NCBI GenBank assembly: GCA_910583615.1
Contig: CAJTXP010000006.1
Span: 31,375 to 95,374 of the forward strand
Length of the DNA stretch: 64,000 nt
Reading direction: 5' to 3'
From: an uncultured Lachnospiraceae bacterium
Lineage (GTDB): Bacteria > Bacillota > Clostridia > Lachnospirales > Lachnospiraceae
Shown: positions 27,480 through 37,693 of the stretch, piece after piece
How positions within the stretch are numbered: position 1 is the first letter of the stretch
How the letters are laid out: the number at the start of each line of letters is the position of its first letter
Program-made: the position numbers and the translations under genes
The notes under the pieces: generated by a model
What the model saw: only the letters and a program-made list of their open reading frames with translations
The model's database searches: none
What the model was told of the DNA's origin: nothing

Positions 27480-29009
27480 ATGACATCTGCAAACCTGTTG
27501 ATGCTTCTGGCGATCATCGTCTATCTGGCCGTGGTCGTCGGAATCGGCGTGGTCCTTGCCAAAAAGAACCACACGACCGAAGATTTTTATCTGGGAGGAA
27601 GAAAACTGGGTCCCTTCGTCACCGCCATGAGCGCGGAGGCGTCGGATATGAGCAGCTGGCTTTTGATGGGCCTTCCGGGCGTCGCCTACATGACCGGCCT
27701 CGCCGACGCGGCGTGGACCGCCATCGGCCTTGCAGTCGGGACTTATGTAAACTGGCTGATCGTGGCAAAGAGGCTCCGCCACTATACCCATGAGTGCGGG
27801 AACTCCACCACGCTGCCGCTGTTTTTCTCCAACCGCTACCGGGATGAGAAAAAGGTGCTGTCCGTGATCGCGGCGGTCCTGATCATCATCTTCTTTGTAC
27901 CTTATACGGCGTCCGGGTTCGCAGCCTGCGGGAAGCTGTTTTCCAGCCTGTTTGGTTGGGGTTATATACCCGCCATGGTCATCAGTGCCATCGTCATCGT
28001 CGCCTACACCACGCTGGGCGGATTCTGGGCGGCGAGCACCTCAGACTTTCTGCAGAGCATCATCATGACCATCGCCATCATCGTGGTCTTCGGATTCGGC
28101 ATCCACAATGTGGGAAGCTTTGGGGCGGTCGTGGACAACGCCAGAACCATGGCGGGCTATTTCAGCCTGACCCAGATCCACGATCCGGCGACCGGCACCG
28201 CGTCGGCGTACGGAGCCCTGAATATCGCATCCATGCTGGCATGGGGACTCGGCTATTTTGGAATGCCCCATGTGCTGCTTCGATTCATGGCCATTGAAGA
28301 CGCGAAAAAACTGGAGCTGTCCAGAAGGGTGGCGGCGGTCTGGGTCGTGATCTCCATGGCGGTTGCCATTTTCATCGGCGTCATCGGAAACGCCATGACG
28401 GCTGTGGGTTCGATTCCGGTGCTGGAGGATTCGGAGACGATCATCATCACGATCGCGGATCTGATTGCCACCCACGGCGTACTGGCCGCTCTGGTGGCGG
28501 GCGTGATTCTGGCGGGCATCCTGGCGGCTACCATGTCCACGGCGGATTCTCAGCTTCTGGCCGCGTCCTCCAGCGCTTCGCAGAACATCCTGAAAGAGGT
28601 GTTTGTGAAGGATATGGATGAGAAGACCGGTATGCTGGTGGCGCGCGTGACGGTGCTGGTCATCGCCGTGATCGGCATGTTCATCGCCCGGGATTCCAAC
28701 AGTTCGGTATTCCAGATCGTCTCCTTTGCGTGGGCCGGCTTCGGCGCGTCCTTCGGCCCGCTGGTCCTGCTGGCGCTGTTCTGGAAACGGTCCAACCTTC
28801 CGGGCGCTCTGGCGGGTATGGTCAGCGGAGGCGTCATGGTGTTCGTGTGGAAATTCCTTGTGCGTCCCATGGGAGGCGTTCTTGGAATCTATGAGCTGCT
28901 GCCTGCCTTTCTGGTGGCGCTGGCGGTAAACGTAGCGGTCAGCCTTCTGACGGCGGAGCCGTCCAGGGAAATTCAGGAAGAATTCGACCGGGTGGCATCC
29001 ATGAAATAA
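27480..29009 (+). CDS. putP: Sodium/proline symporter (SSS family)
   Basis: FYLGGRKLGP, AMSAEASDMSSWLLMGLPG, WGLGYFGMPH, AATMSTADSQLL, AWAGFGASFGP. Confidence 0.92.
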   Translation: MTSANLLMLLAIIVYLAVVVGIGVVLAKKNHTTEDFYLGGRKLGPFVTAMSAEASDMSSWLLMGLPGVAYMTGLADAAWTAIGLAVGTYVNWLIVAKRLRHYTHECGNSTTLPLFFSNRYRDEKKVLSVIAAVLIIIFFVPYTASGFAACGKLFSSLFGWGYIPAMVISAIVIVAYTTLGGFWAASTSDFLQSIIMTIAIIVVFGFGIHNVGSFGAVVDNARTMAGYFSLTQIHDPATGTASAYGALNIASMLAWGLGYFGMPHVLLRFMAIEDAKKLELSRRVAAVWVVISMAVAIFIGVIGNAMTAVGSIPVLEDSETIIITIADLIATHGVLAALVAGVILAGILAATMSTADSQLLAASSSASQNILKEVFVKDMDEKTGMLVARVTVLVIAVIGMFIARDSNSSVFQIVSFAWAGFGASFGPLVLLALFWKRSNLPGALAGMVSGGVMVFVWKFLVRPMGGVLGIYELLPAFLVALAVNVAVSLLTAEPSREIQEEFDRVASMK

Positions 29010-29014
29010 AACAT

Positions 29015-29043
29015 TTGACATTCCTTACGTATCCAATTATACT
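29015..29043 (+). promoter_or_regulatory. Sigma-A promoter of the riboswitch leader
   Basis: TTGACA-N17-TATACT. Confidence 0.8.
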
Positions 29044-29070
29044 ATAGTCCATATACAGTATCCATGGAAG

Positions 29071-29186
29071 CCTCTGGAACGGCTGCGTCCGGACCGGAGG
29101 TCGAGGAAACTCTGGAGAATCCCATTGAGTTGGGTGCCGAAGGTGCAAGGCGGCGACGCTGAATCTCTCAGGCAAAAAGGACAGAG
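29071..29186 (+). ncRNA. Glycine riboswitch (single aptamer with 5' ghost hairpin)
   Basis: CTCTGGAGA...GCCGAAGGTGCAA...CTCTCAGGCAAAAAGGACAGAG consensus at 29110-29186, upstream of an Ala/Gly symporter. Confidence 0.9.
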
Positions 29187-29232
29187 CAGACAGTATGAAG
29201 GACGTGAGGTCCCTGCTTTCTTTGTTTTCCGG

Positions 29233-29258
29233 AGCTGCCGAGCAATCGGCAGCTTTTT
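29233..29258 (+). terminator. Leader terminator (probable riboswitch expression platform)
   Basis: AGCTGCCGA-GCAA-TCGGCAGCT followed by TTTT. Confidence 0.7.
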
Positions 29259-29376
29259 GTGCGGAATCCGTTCCTGCATCCCAGAGCATCCGGCGCTTTT
29301 TCATGGAGCAGAGGAAGACGGCATCGGCGCCCGGTTCGGGCAGATGCGGGAGTTTACGTTCAGGAGGGAAAATCAT

Positions 29377-30741
29377 ATGGAAGCAGCATTAAAGGTAGTA
29401 CAGACCATCAACATGTATCTGTCGGATTATATTCTGGTGGTTTTGCTGGTAGGGTGCGGCCTGTTCTTCAGTGTGAAGACCAGGTTCGTGCAGGTGCGGT
29501 GTTTTGGAGAGGCCATGAAACTGGTGTTCGGCAGAAAGGACCAAAAGCAGGGCGGGCAGGAAGGAGGGCTGACCTCGTTCCAGGCGCTGACCACGGCCAT
29601 TGCGGCACAGGTAGGCACGGGAAATATCATCGGAGCCTGCGGCGCCATCCTGACCGGCGGCCCGGGAGCGATTTTCTGGATGTGGATCATTGCCTTTTTC
29701 GGTATGGCGACGATCTATGCGGAGGCGATTCTGGCGCAGAAGACCAGGATCACGGCGGAGGACGGTTCCGTCCACGGCGGCCCGGTCTACTATATTATGA
29801 AGGCATTCCCCAACGGGTTCGGCAAATTTCTGGCGGGATTCTTCGCTGTTGCAATCATACTGGCGCTGGGCTTTATGGGCTGCATGGTGCAGTCCAATTC
29901 CATCGGAGAGACGTGCAGCAATGCGTTCGGCATCCCGGCATGGATCGTCGGCGTTCCGGTGGCAGTCCTGGCAGGCTTTATTTTCATCGGCGGCGCGCAG
30001 CGGATTGCGTCCGTGACCGAGAAACTGGTGCCGGTTATGGCGGTGATCTATCTGGCGGGAGGGTTGGTCCTCCTGATCTGCAGGGCGCAGTATGTGCCCG
30101 AGACCTTTGCCATGATTTTCCGCTATGCGTTTGCGCCCCAGGCAATCATCGGCGGCGGATTTGGCTATGCGCTGAAGACCGCGGTGACCCAGGGCGTAAA
30201 GAGAGGGCTTTTCTCCAACGAGGCCGGCATGGGTTCCACGCCTCATGCCCATGCCATGGCGGACGTAAAAGATCCCCATGACCAGGGGGTCGTTGCCATG
30301 CTGGGCGTGTTCATCGACACCTTTGTCGTGCTGACCATGACCGCGCTGATCGTCATCTCCACGCTGTACGCGGGAAACGGCGTGCTGGCAGGAGGCGCGG
30401 CGGAAGGAGTCGGCAAGACCAATATGGCGCAGCTGGCGTTCGCACTGGTGTTCGGCGACAATGTCGGCAACATTTTTATTGCGGTCTGCCTGCTGTTCTT
30501 CGCCTTCTCCACGATCATCAGCTGGAACCTGTTCGGGCGGATCAATGTAAAATATCTGTTCGGCGATACCGGCGTGAAGGTCTATTCGGTACTGGCGGTT
30601 GCGTTCATCTTTCTGGGCGCCTGCCTGTCCAACGACCTGGTGTGGGAACTGACAGATACGTTTAACCAGCTGATGGTGCTTCCGAACGTTATGGCGCTTC
30701 TTGTCCTGTCGGCGATGGTGAGCGGGTCCAGGGAAAACTGA
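29377..30741 (+). CDS. Alanine/glycine:cation symporter (AGCS family)
   Basis: SFQAL...AAQVGTGNI, GGPGAIFWMW, GGPVYYI, RGLFSNEAGMGS; start ATG 29377. Confidence 0.95.
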   Translation: MEAALKVVQTINMYLSDYILVVLLVGCGLFFSVKTRFVQVRCFGEAMKLVFGRKDQKQGGQEGGLTSFQALTTAIAAQVGTGNIIGACGAILTGGPGAIFWMWIIAFFGMATIYAEAILAQKTRITAEDGSVHGGPVYYIMKAFPNGFGKFLAGFFAVAIILALGFMGCMVQSNSIGETCSNAFGIPAWIVGVPVAVLAGFIFIGGAQRIASVTEKLVPVMAVIYLAGGLVLLICRAQYVPETFAMIFRYAFAPQAIIGGGFGYALKTAVTQGVKRGLFSNEAGMGSTPHAHAMADVKDPHDQGVVAMLGVFIDTFVVLTMTALIVISTLYAGNGVLAGGAAEGVGKTNMAQLAFALVFGDNVGNIFIAVCLLFFAFSTIISWNLFGRINVKYLFGDTGVKVYSVLAVAFIFLGACLSNDLVWELTDTFNQLMVLPNVMALLVLSAMVSGSREN

Positions 30742-30753
30742 TCAGAATAACGG

Positions 30754-30791
30754 GAGCCGAAGACTGTATGGCAGATCTTCGGCTCTTTTTT
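30754..30791 (+). terminator. Intrinsic terminator
   Basis: GAGCCGAAGA...TCTTCGGCTC followed by a T-run. Confidence 0.75.
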
Positions 30792-30796
30792 GTATT

Positions 30797-31014
30797 GTTA
30801 CTATTCCACGGGATGAGTGGTCTGCGTCCTGGACCTCTGTGCTCTGCAGCGCTGTGTGGACTGGAGCGGACATCGGAGCTGTTTTGTCCGTCACAGGCGA
30901 ACAGTCCTGTCCGAATGGGACGGACAAAACGGCTTTGGTGTCCGATACACTCCATATGAGCGCAGAGCACAGAGGTCCAGGGCGCAGGCCGCCATCCACC
31001 CCGCGAATAGTAAC
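30797..31014. mobile_element. MITE-like palindromic element, copy 6 (218 bp)
   Basis: TIRs GTTACTATTCCACGGG / CCCGCGAATAGTAAC; perfect 9-bp direct repeat TTTTGTATT at 30788-30796 and 31015-31023. Confidence 0.92.
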
Positions 31015-31128
31015 TTTTGTATTTCTTAAATTTTTCCTGAACGGAATTTGCTCTACTCAAGAGGTCCTAAAAGTGTTATACTGTTTCCGAAAGCATTTTA
31101 CAGGAATGGATATAAAGGGGTGAGCGGT

Positions 31129-34100
31129 ATGGAAAAAGAACTGGTATTCCACATATTGGAGATCGACGGGCTGACCGATGAGCGGAGTATAAAGGCCGCA
31201 TATATGAAAAAACTGAAAGTAACGAACCCGGAGGACGATCCGGAAGGATTCCGGAAACTGCGGGAGGCCTACGAACAGGCGCTTCTGCTCCTTCAGGAAG
31301 CGCAGGAAGGGAATCAGGAGGAAGAGAAAGAGAAGACGGATATCGATCTGTGGATCGATCAGGCGGATGAGATCTATCAGGATTTCAGAAGGCGCGGGGA
31401 TGTGAAGGAGTGGAAAAGGCTTCTGGACGCAGAGGTGTGCCAGGGGCTGGACAGCTCTCTGGATGCGAGAGAAGCCATGATGGTATATCTGATGTCGCAT
31501 TTCTATCTTCCCAGGGAGGTCTGGCGGTGCCTGGACCGGGAATTCCAGTTTGTGGAGGATCAGGAGTCGCTGAAAGAGCGGTATCCGGCGGATTTTCTGG
31601 ACTATATCATACATTACACGGAATATGAGTATTTCATAGACTTTTCAAGGATGAAGCTCCGGGAAGATAACAGAGACGGGGCGGATATCAATGTGGACGG
31701 TTATATCAAAGCCTATATGGAGCTGCGGGGACTGTGCGACCAGAAGGACTTCGAAGGCGCCGCCGGGAAGCTGTCGGAGCTTGCGGCCTACGGCGTCTGG
31801 TACCCGTGGGAGGAAGCGGAGCGGCTGAAGATCCTGCTGGCGCAGGACAGAGTCCAGGAGGCGCTTCAGCTGGCGGAGCGTATCTATGCGGACTGGCCGG
31901 AGAACGGCTATATCGTGTCCATGGCGGCCGAGGCGAAATGGAGCGCCGGACAGAAGGAGAAGGCGTTTGAGTGGTGGAGCCGGGTCCCGGATGCCTACGG
32001 GGCAAAAATCGGGATGATCCGGTATTATCTGGAAGACGAGGAGACCGCGGAGAAGGCGAAGGATATGGCGCTGGATCTGTGGGAGGAGGACGGTTCCGGC
32101 CAGAGGGCGGACGAATACATTGAGCGCGCCAACGTGATGCTTCTGGAAAAATACGGACGGCAGGCGTCGAATCTTCCGGACGGAGACGAGAAGGACGCCG
32201 TCCGTGTGGAGATGGCATGGTGCCAGTATCAGAACAAGAATGCGGAGGAGGCGATCCGGATTCTGGACAGCATCACGCCGGGAGAGGATGTGTACTACAG
32301 CTACCACAACCTGAAGGGAAGGGTGCTGGCGGCGCTGAACCGGGACGGGGAGGCCATACCGGAGCTGAAGCTCTGGCTGACCCTGATCGAGCAGACCATA
32401 GATGACGGAAGCGAGGAATCTGTAAAACGGCTCAGGAGAAAGGGAACTGCCTGCCTGATGCTTGGTATCTGCCTGTCCAGAGAGAAGAAATACGAGGAAG
32501 CGGCCGGGTATCTGGAGAGGGCGGAAGAGGAGACCAGCGACGTTTATGATAAACTGGGCGCCATGAGCAACCTTGCCCAGGTGCTGGTATCCATGGGCGA
32601 ATACGAGAAGGCGGTGGATGAGTGCGAGCGCGTCCTCGCCCTGGATGCCGGATATTATCCGGTGTATCTGACCCGTCAGGAGGCGTATTTTGAGATGCGC
32701 AACGCCCAGGGAGTGGTGGACGACTACCACCGGGCAGTGGAAATCTACCCGGGTCATTACAAACCCTATCTGATGGCGATTCAGGTATTTCTGATCTATG
32801 ACCAGTATGACGACGCGAAGCAGACCATCGACCGCGCGCTGGAAAATCAGGTGGAATTCAGCGACCGGATGAAATATTTTCATGCAAAGACGCTCCGGTA
32901 TCTGTCTGAGAGCCAGGAGGACCGGAAACAGCCCATGGAGATCCTGCAGGAGCTGAAGCGGTCCCTCAATCCTGCGGATACGGATATGGAAGACCTGTCG
33001 GAGATCGATTTTGAGATCGCGCTTCTTCACTGGGATGACGACCGGTACGACCAGGCGCTGGAAAATCTGGAGAAGGCCATCCGGAAGAATCCGTCCAAGA
33101 GCCAGCATTTTATGGTGAAGGGCGAGATCCTGCGCGGAAAGGGCGAATATGTAAAGGCGCTGGACGCCTATGCGGCGGCCAGAGAGGATTACGACGAGAC
33201 CGCAGGCTATTACTATGGGATCGGATGCTGCCGGCAGGAGCTGGGGGAAGAGGAAGAAGCCCTTAAAAACTTTCTGGAGGCGGTAAAATGGAATGACAGC
33301 TACCGGGATGTGAACGAGAAGATCGCGGACATCTACATGGAGCGGTACAGGAGGACCTGTGCGGTCAAGGAGTATAAGCAGGCGGTTCACTATGCGGATC
33401 TGGAAGTGGAAAAGCAGGAGAACTGTTATATCCTGGTGCACAGGGGACTGATGCACCGGACGGCCATGCGGCTGCAGAAGGCGATCCGGGATTTTGAGAA
33501 GGCGCTGACGTATCAGCCGGAAGACTGGGCGGCCTACAATAACATCGGTTACAGCTATAAGCATATGGGAGAATATGAAAAGAGCATCGAGATGTACGAA
33601 AAATCCCTGGAGATGCTGAACCGGCACGGAGACCGCAGAGTACTTCCCTACAGCAATATGGCGGACTGCTATGAGATTTTGGGGGACTATGCGCGGGCAA
33701 TCGTCTGCTATCAGAAGGATCTGGAATGGTATCCGGACCGGACGGTGTTCTATGAGGAGATCGGAGACCTGTATTTCTATATGAAAGATTATGAGAACGC
33801 CATCAAGTCCTACGAGACGGCAGGCAGCCGGTGGAATGACAAGGAGCATCTTCTGAAGATCGGAGACGTGTGGTTCGCCAGAGGAAAGATCAGAAGGGCG
33901 AAGGCATTTTATAAGAAGGCGGTCCAGACGGCGGATATCAGGGAAGACGCCTATATGCGCCATTCGGACTATGCCGAGCGGCTGATCAGTCACTTTTTTG
34001 ACTATGGCGCGGCGGTCAGCATCCTGGAAAAGGCGAACCGGGGCTATGAGCAGGGCGGCTGGAACGCGTCCGCGAACTCCCGCGCATGCAACGAACGTTT

Positions 34101-34506
34101 TCTGGCAAGAGCGTACTATCTGCTCCGCGAGTACAAACAGGCAGCAGTACATGCAAAAAAAGCATATGATCTCTACCTGGCAGACGCGGTTTCCGAGGAG
34201 GCTTACCTGGCCTATCCGGCAAAACGCCCGCTGCATCTGTCCAGAATCGGGGAATGTTACCTGTATATGGGAAATGCGGAGAAGGCATACGAGATGTTCC
34301 GGCTGATGGACGCAGGCTATCGGTGCGAACACTGCCGGTGCGCATCCTGTTATGAGAAATACCGGAACATGGGACTTTATTATCTGTGTCTGGGAGAGCA
34401 TTATAAAAAGAGCGCTCTGGAATGCTATGAAAAGGCATATGAACTTTGCCCGGTGGATCAGGAACTGGAAGAAATGGTAAAAAAACTTCGTAAGGAGACG
34501 AGATAG
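31129..34506 (+). CDS. Large TPR protein with N-terminal J-like domain
   Basis: FHILEI...[33 protein letters not shown]-like motif; many TPRs; C-terminal CEHCRCASC. Confidence 0.88.
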   Translation: MEKELVFHILEIDGLTDERSIKAAYMKKLKVTNPEDDPEGFRKLREAYEQALLLLQEAQEGNQEEEKEKTDIDLWIDQADEIYQDFRRRGDVKEWKRLLDAEVCQGLDSSLDAREAMMVYLMSHFYLPREVWRCLDREFQFVEDQESLKERYPADFLDYIIHYTEYEYFIDFSRMKLREDNRDGADINVDGYIKAYMELRGLCDQKDFEGAAGKLSELAAYGVWYPWEEAERLKILLAQDRVQEALQLAERIYADWPENGYIVSMAAEAKWSAGQKEKAFEWWSRVPDAYGAKIGMIRYYLEDEETAEKAKDMALDLWEEDGSGQRADEYIERANVMLLEKYGRQASNLPDGDEKDAVRVEMAWCQYQNKNAEEAIRILDSITPGEDVYYSYHNLKGRVLAALNRDGEAIPELKLWLTLIEQTIDDGSEESVKRLRRKGTACLMLGICLSREKKYEEAAGYLERAEEETSDVYDKLGAMSNLAQVLVSMGEYEKAVDECERVLALDAGYYPVYLTRQEAYFEMRNAQGVVDDYHRAVEIYPGHYKPYLMAIQVFLIYDQYDDAKQTIDRALENQVEFSDRMKYFHAKTLRYLSESQEDRKQPMEILQELKRSLNPADTDMEDLSEIDFEIALLHWDDDRYDQALENLEKAIRKNPSKSQHFMVKGEILRGKGEYVKALDAYAAAREDYDETAGYYYGIGCCRQELGEEEEALKNFLEAVKWNDSYRDVNEKIADIYMERYRRTCAVKEYKQAVHYADLEVEKQENCYILVHRGLMHRTAMRLQKAIRDFEKALTYQPEDWAAYNNIGYSYKHMGEYEKSIEMYEKSLEMLNRHGDRRVLPYSNMADCYEILGDYARAIVCYQKDLEWYPDRTVFYEEIGDLYFYMKDYENAIKSYETAGSRWNDKEHLLKIGDVWFARGKIRRAKAFYKKAVQTADIREDAYMRHSDYAERLISHFFDYGAAVSILEKANRGYEQGGWNASANSRACNERFLARAYYLLREYKQAAVHAKKAYDLYLADAVSEEAYLAYPAKRPLHLSRIGECYLYMGNAEKAYEMFRLMDAGYRCEHCRCASCYEKYRNMGLYYLCLGEHYKKSALECYEKAYELCPVDQELEEMVKKLRKETR

Positions 34507-34510
34507 ACAG

Positions 34511-36205
34511 ATGATAGTAGGAATTGATCTTGGGACCACGAACAGTCTCGTGGCATATTATACGGAAGAGGGCCCGAAGATTATCCCGAACCGTCTGGGG
34601 AAACCCATGACGCCGTCGGTGGTGAGCATCGATGAGGAGGGCCAGATTTATGTGGGAGAATCGGCGATGGAGCGGATGCTCCTCTATCCGGGCAGCGGTG
34701 CCGCGCTGTTTAAGCGGAGCATGGGGAGCCAGAAGAAGTTTTCCCTTGGAAACAGGACATTTACGGCGGAGGAGCTGTCCTCCTTTGTGCTGCGCGTGCT
34801 GAAGGAAGATGCAGAGGAGTATCTGGGGGAACCGGTGACCGAAGCGGTCATCAGTGTGCCGGCGTATTTCAACGATGCCAGAAGGCGCGCCACAAAGCGG
34901 GCTGGGGAACTGGCGGGGCTGAAGGTAGAGCGCATCATCAGCGAACCCACGGCGGCTGCCATCGCCTATGGCCTGTGGCAGCAGAAGGGACAGGCCAGGT
35001 TCCTGGTCTTCGACCTGGGGGGCGGAACCTTTGACGTGTCCATTCTGGAACTGTATGACACGATTCTGGAGGTCCATGCCGTGGCCGGGGACAATTTCCT
35101 CGGCGGAGAAGATTTTACGGCGGTGCTGGAAAAGATGTTTTATGAGAAATTTCCCCAGATCAACCGCTTTACCCTGAGTGAGAAGGCGGGAAGGCATATC
35201 CGGAAGCAGGCGGAGCTGTGCAAGATCGGCTTTGGAAATTCCCGCACTTCCTCTATGAACTGCAACATAGACGGAGAGGAATACAAATTTCAGGTGGAGC
35301 TGTCCGACTATGAGGAAGCGTGCGAGGAGCTGCTGGACCGGATTCGCCAGCCGGTGAAGCGGAGCCTGAAAGACGCCCACATCCGCCTGTCGGACATCGA
35401 CAAGGTGGTGCTGGTGGGCGGGGCGACCAAATCTCCGGTCATCCGGAAATTTGCGGGGAAGCTGTTCCACATGATTCCGGACACCAATCTGAACCCGGAC
35501 GAGACCGTGGCTCTGGGGGCGGCGGTCCAGGCGGCCATGAAGGAACGCCGGGACGGGATACGGGAAGTGATCCTGACCGACGTCTGTCCCTTTACGCTGG
35601 GAACCGAGGTGGTGCGGGAATACGAGGAGCACCGTTTTGAGAACGGCGTGTTCCTGCCGATCATCGAACGGAATACGGTCATTCCGGCCAGCCGGACCGA
35701 ACGCCTCTATACGGTGCGGGACAACCAGACGAAGATCCGGGTGCACATCCTTCAGGGGGAAAGCCGGTTTGCGGTGAACAATCTGTCCCTGGGCGAACTG
35801 ATGATCGACATTCCTTCCAACAAAGCGGGGGAAGAAGCGGTGGATGTGACCTACACCTATGATATCAATTCCATTCTGGAGGTGGAGGTGAAGGTATTGT
35901 CCACCGGGAAAAAGACCCGGCAGGTGTTCAAGGACCGGGATCTGGACATGAGCGAGGAGGAGATCGAGGAGCGTCTGGAGACGCTTTCCTATCTGAAGAT
36001 CCATCCCAGAGACAAGGAAGAGAATAAAGTGCTGCTTCTTCGGGGCGAACGGATCTATGAGGAAAGCCTGGGGTATAAAAGAACTCAGGTGGAGCAGGTC
36101 CTGCGCCGCTTTGAGCATGCGCTGGACTCCTACGATCAGGAGCAGATCGCCCAGACCAAGCAGGAGCTGATCGAATTTCTGGAAACGCTGGATGAGTGGG
36201 AATAA
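34511..36205 (+). CDS. hscC: Hsp70-family chaperone, HscC type
   Basis: [44 protein letters not shown]; short C-terminus with KIHPR; 564 aa. Confidence 0.88.
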   Translation: MIVGIDLGTTNSLVAYYTEEGPKIIPNRLGKPMTPSVVSIDEEGQIYVGESAMERMLLYPGSGAALFKRSMGSQKKFSLGNRTFTAEELSSFVLRVLKEDAEEYLGEPVTEAVISVPAYFNDARRRATKRAGELAGLKVERIISEPTAAAIAYGLWQQKGQARFLVFDLGGGTFDVSILELYDTILEVHAVAGDNFLGGEDFTAVLEKMFYEKFPQINRFTLSEKAGRHIRKQAELCKIGFGNSRTSSMNCNIDGEEYKFQVELSDYEEACEELLDRIRQPVKRSLKDAHIRLSDIDKVVLVGGATKSPVIRKFAGKLFHMIPDTNLNPDETVALGAAVQAAMKERRDGIREVILTDVCPFTLGTEVVREYEEHRFENGVFLPIIERNTVIPASRTERLYTVRDNQTKIRVHILQGESRFAVNNLSLGELMIDIPSNKAGEEAVDVTYTYDINSILEVEVKVLSTGKKTRQVFKDRDLDMSEEEIEERLETLSYLKIHPRDKEENKVLLLRGERIYEESLGYKRTQVEQVLRRFEHALDSYDQEQIAQTKQELIEFLETLDEWE

Positions 36206-36211
36206 TTCGGA

Positions 36212-37411
36212 ATGGATATGAGGATGGAAGAAACAGAACAGAAACTGAAGCGGATGGTGGAAGAGCTCTGGAAGGCGGGCCCCTATAAGATCATCCTGAG
36301 CAATGTCAGAAAGGCCGCCCCGGAGGAAGAAAGCTCCGGGCGGCAGTATCGGAAGATCGTGCTGAACCGTCTGGACACCTGCTGGCAGGCGGAAAAATAT
36401 ACGGACAGGCAGGTCTTCCATGAAAATCTGCCGGAGGATAAGGTGGAAGCGTATGTGCAGAACGCCCTGTCCGCCGGCTTTCGTCAGTGCAGCGCCTGGG
36501 ACGGAGAGTGGGAGCAGACCATCCGGATCTCCAAAGGCCGGAAGATATCCAGCCAGAGAAAAAGGACGGCGCAGGCGCCGAAGGAGAAGCGGGAGCATAA
36601 CCGAAAGAAACATTATATCCTGGAAGAAGGGACTGTGATCCCGCCGCTTCAGGATATGGGGATTTTCACCGCAGAAGGAAAAGTAGTACGTTCCATGTAT
36701 GACAAATACCGTCAGATCAACCGGTTTGTGGAACTGATCGACGACGAGATCGACAGCCTGCCGAAGGATCATCCTGTTACAGTGATTGACTTTGGGTGCG
36801 GAAAATCCTATCTGACCTTCATTCTCTATTATTATCTGGTGAAAGTAAAGGGGCTGGACGTGCGGATCACGGGACTGGATCTGAAGGCGGACGTGATCGA
36901 ACGATGCAACCGGGCTGCGGAAACATACGGTTATGAGGGCCTGCATTTTGAACTGGGCGACATCAACGGCTACGACTGCCCGTATCCGGTGGACATGGTC
37001 ATCTCCCTGCATGCCTGCGATACGGCGACGGACTATGCGCTTTATAACGCCGTCCGCTGGAAGGCGAAGCTGATTTTCTCCGTGCCCTGCTGCCAGCATG
37101 AGCTGAACCGGCAGATGAAAGGTGAAAATCTGCCCATCCTGACCCGTTACGGCATCGTGCAGGAACGGACGGCGGCTTTGATGACCGATGCCGTCCGGGG
37201 AAATCTTCTGACCGCCTGCGGCTACCGGACGCAGCTTCTGGAGTTTGTGGATCTGTCCCATACGCCCAAGAACATCCTGATCCGGGCGGTGAGGGCCGTG
37301 ATCCCCGGTTCCGTGAAGCAGAAGGCGCGCCTTGAGGTGGAAGAGCTGAAGAACACGTTTGGTTTCCGGCCGACGCTGGACGGGCTGCTGTTTCCGGACA
37401 GGCAGGCATAG
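36212..37411 (+). CDS. SAM-dependent methyltransferase
   Basis: KYRQINRF, IDFGCGKSYLTF, SLHACDTATD, PCCQHE, HTPKN. Confidence 0.88.
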   Translation: MDMRMEETEQKLKRMVEELWKAGPYKIILSNVRKAAPEEESSGRQYRKIVLNRLDTCWQAEKYTDRQVFHENLPEDKVEAYVQNALSAGFRQCSAWDGEWEQTIRISKGRKISSQRKRTAQAPKEKREHNRKKHYILEEGTVIPPLQDMGIFTAEGKVVRSMYDKYRQINRFVELIDDEIDSLPKDHPVTVIDFGCGKSYLTFILYYYLVKVKGLDVRITGLDLKADVIERCNRAAETYGYEGLHFELGDINGYDCPYPVDMVISLHACDTATDYALYNAVRWKAKLIFSVPCCQHELNRQMKGENLPILTRYGIVQERTAALMTDAVRGNLLTACGYRTQLLEFVDLSHTPKNILIRAVRAVIPGSVKQKARLEVEELKNTFGFRPTLDGLLFPDRQA

Positions 37412-37627
37412 TTACTGTTCACGGGACGGGTAGCGGTCTGCGCCCTGGACCTCTGTGCTCTGCGCTCGTATGGAATGTATCGGACACCGAAGCCGTTTTG
37501 TCCGTCCCATTCGGACAGGTGTGTTCGCCTGTGACGGACAAAACGGCTCCGGTGTCCGCTCCAGTCCACACAGCGCTGCAGAACACAGAGGTCCAGGGTG
37601 CAGACCACCCACCCTGTGAAAAGTAAC
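37411..37627. mobile_element. MITE-like palindromic element, copy 7 (217 bp)
   Basis: TIRs GTTACTGTTCACGGG / CCTGTGAAAAGTAAC; flanks CAGGCATA / CAGACATA (7 of 8 match). Confidence 0.9.
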
Positions 37628-37693
37628 CAGACATAAGTAAGATCGAATGTGTAAACATAAAACTTGTTGTGAAAAGAATCTGGAGTGATTAAG

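Noticed and set aside
31645..37261. Very long minus-strand ORFs (964 aa and 1081 aa)
   Set aside because: Antisense shadows of well-supported genes with strong GC3 bias; no recognisable motifs
10917..37627. Repeats as a CRISPR array
   Set aside because: Copies are ~215 bp, dispersed kilobases apart, have no spacers, and no cas genes are present
10917..37627. Repeats as integron attC sites
   Set aside because: Ends read GTT...AAC, the reverse of attC (RYYYAAC...GTTRRRY); copies have target duplications, flank core genes in both orientations, and there is no integrase
10925..37658. Recurrent short ORFs inside the repeats (MLCSAVWT..., LCALQRCVDW...)
   Set aside because: They arise on both strands from a GC-rich palindrome, with inconsistent starts and no consistent RBS; treated as non-coding
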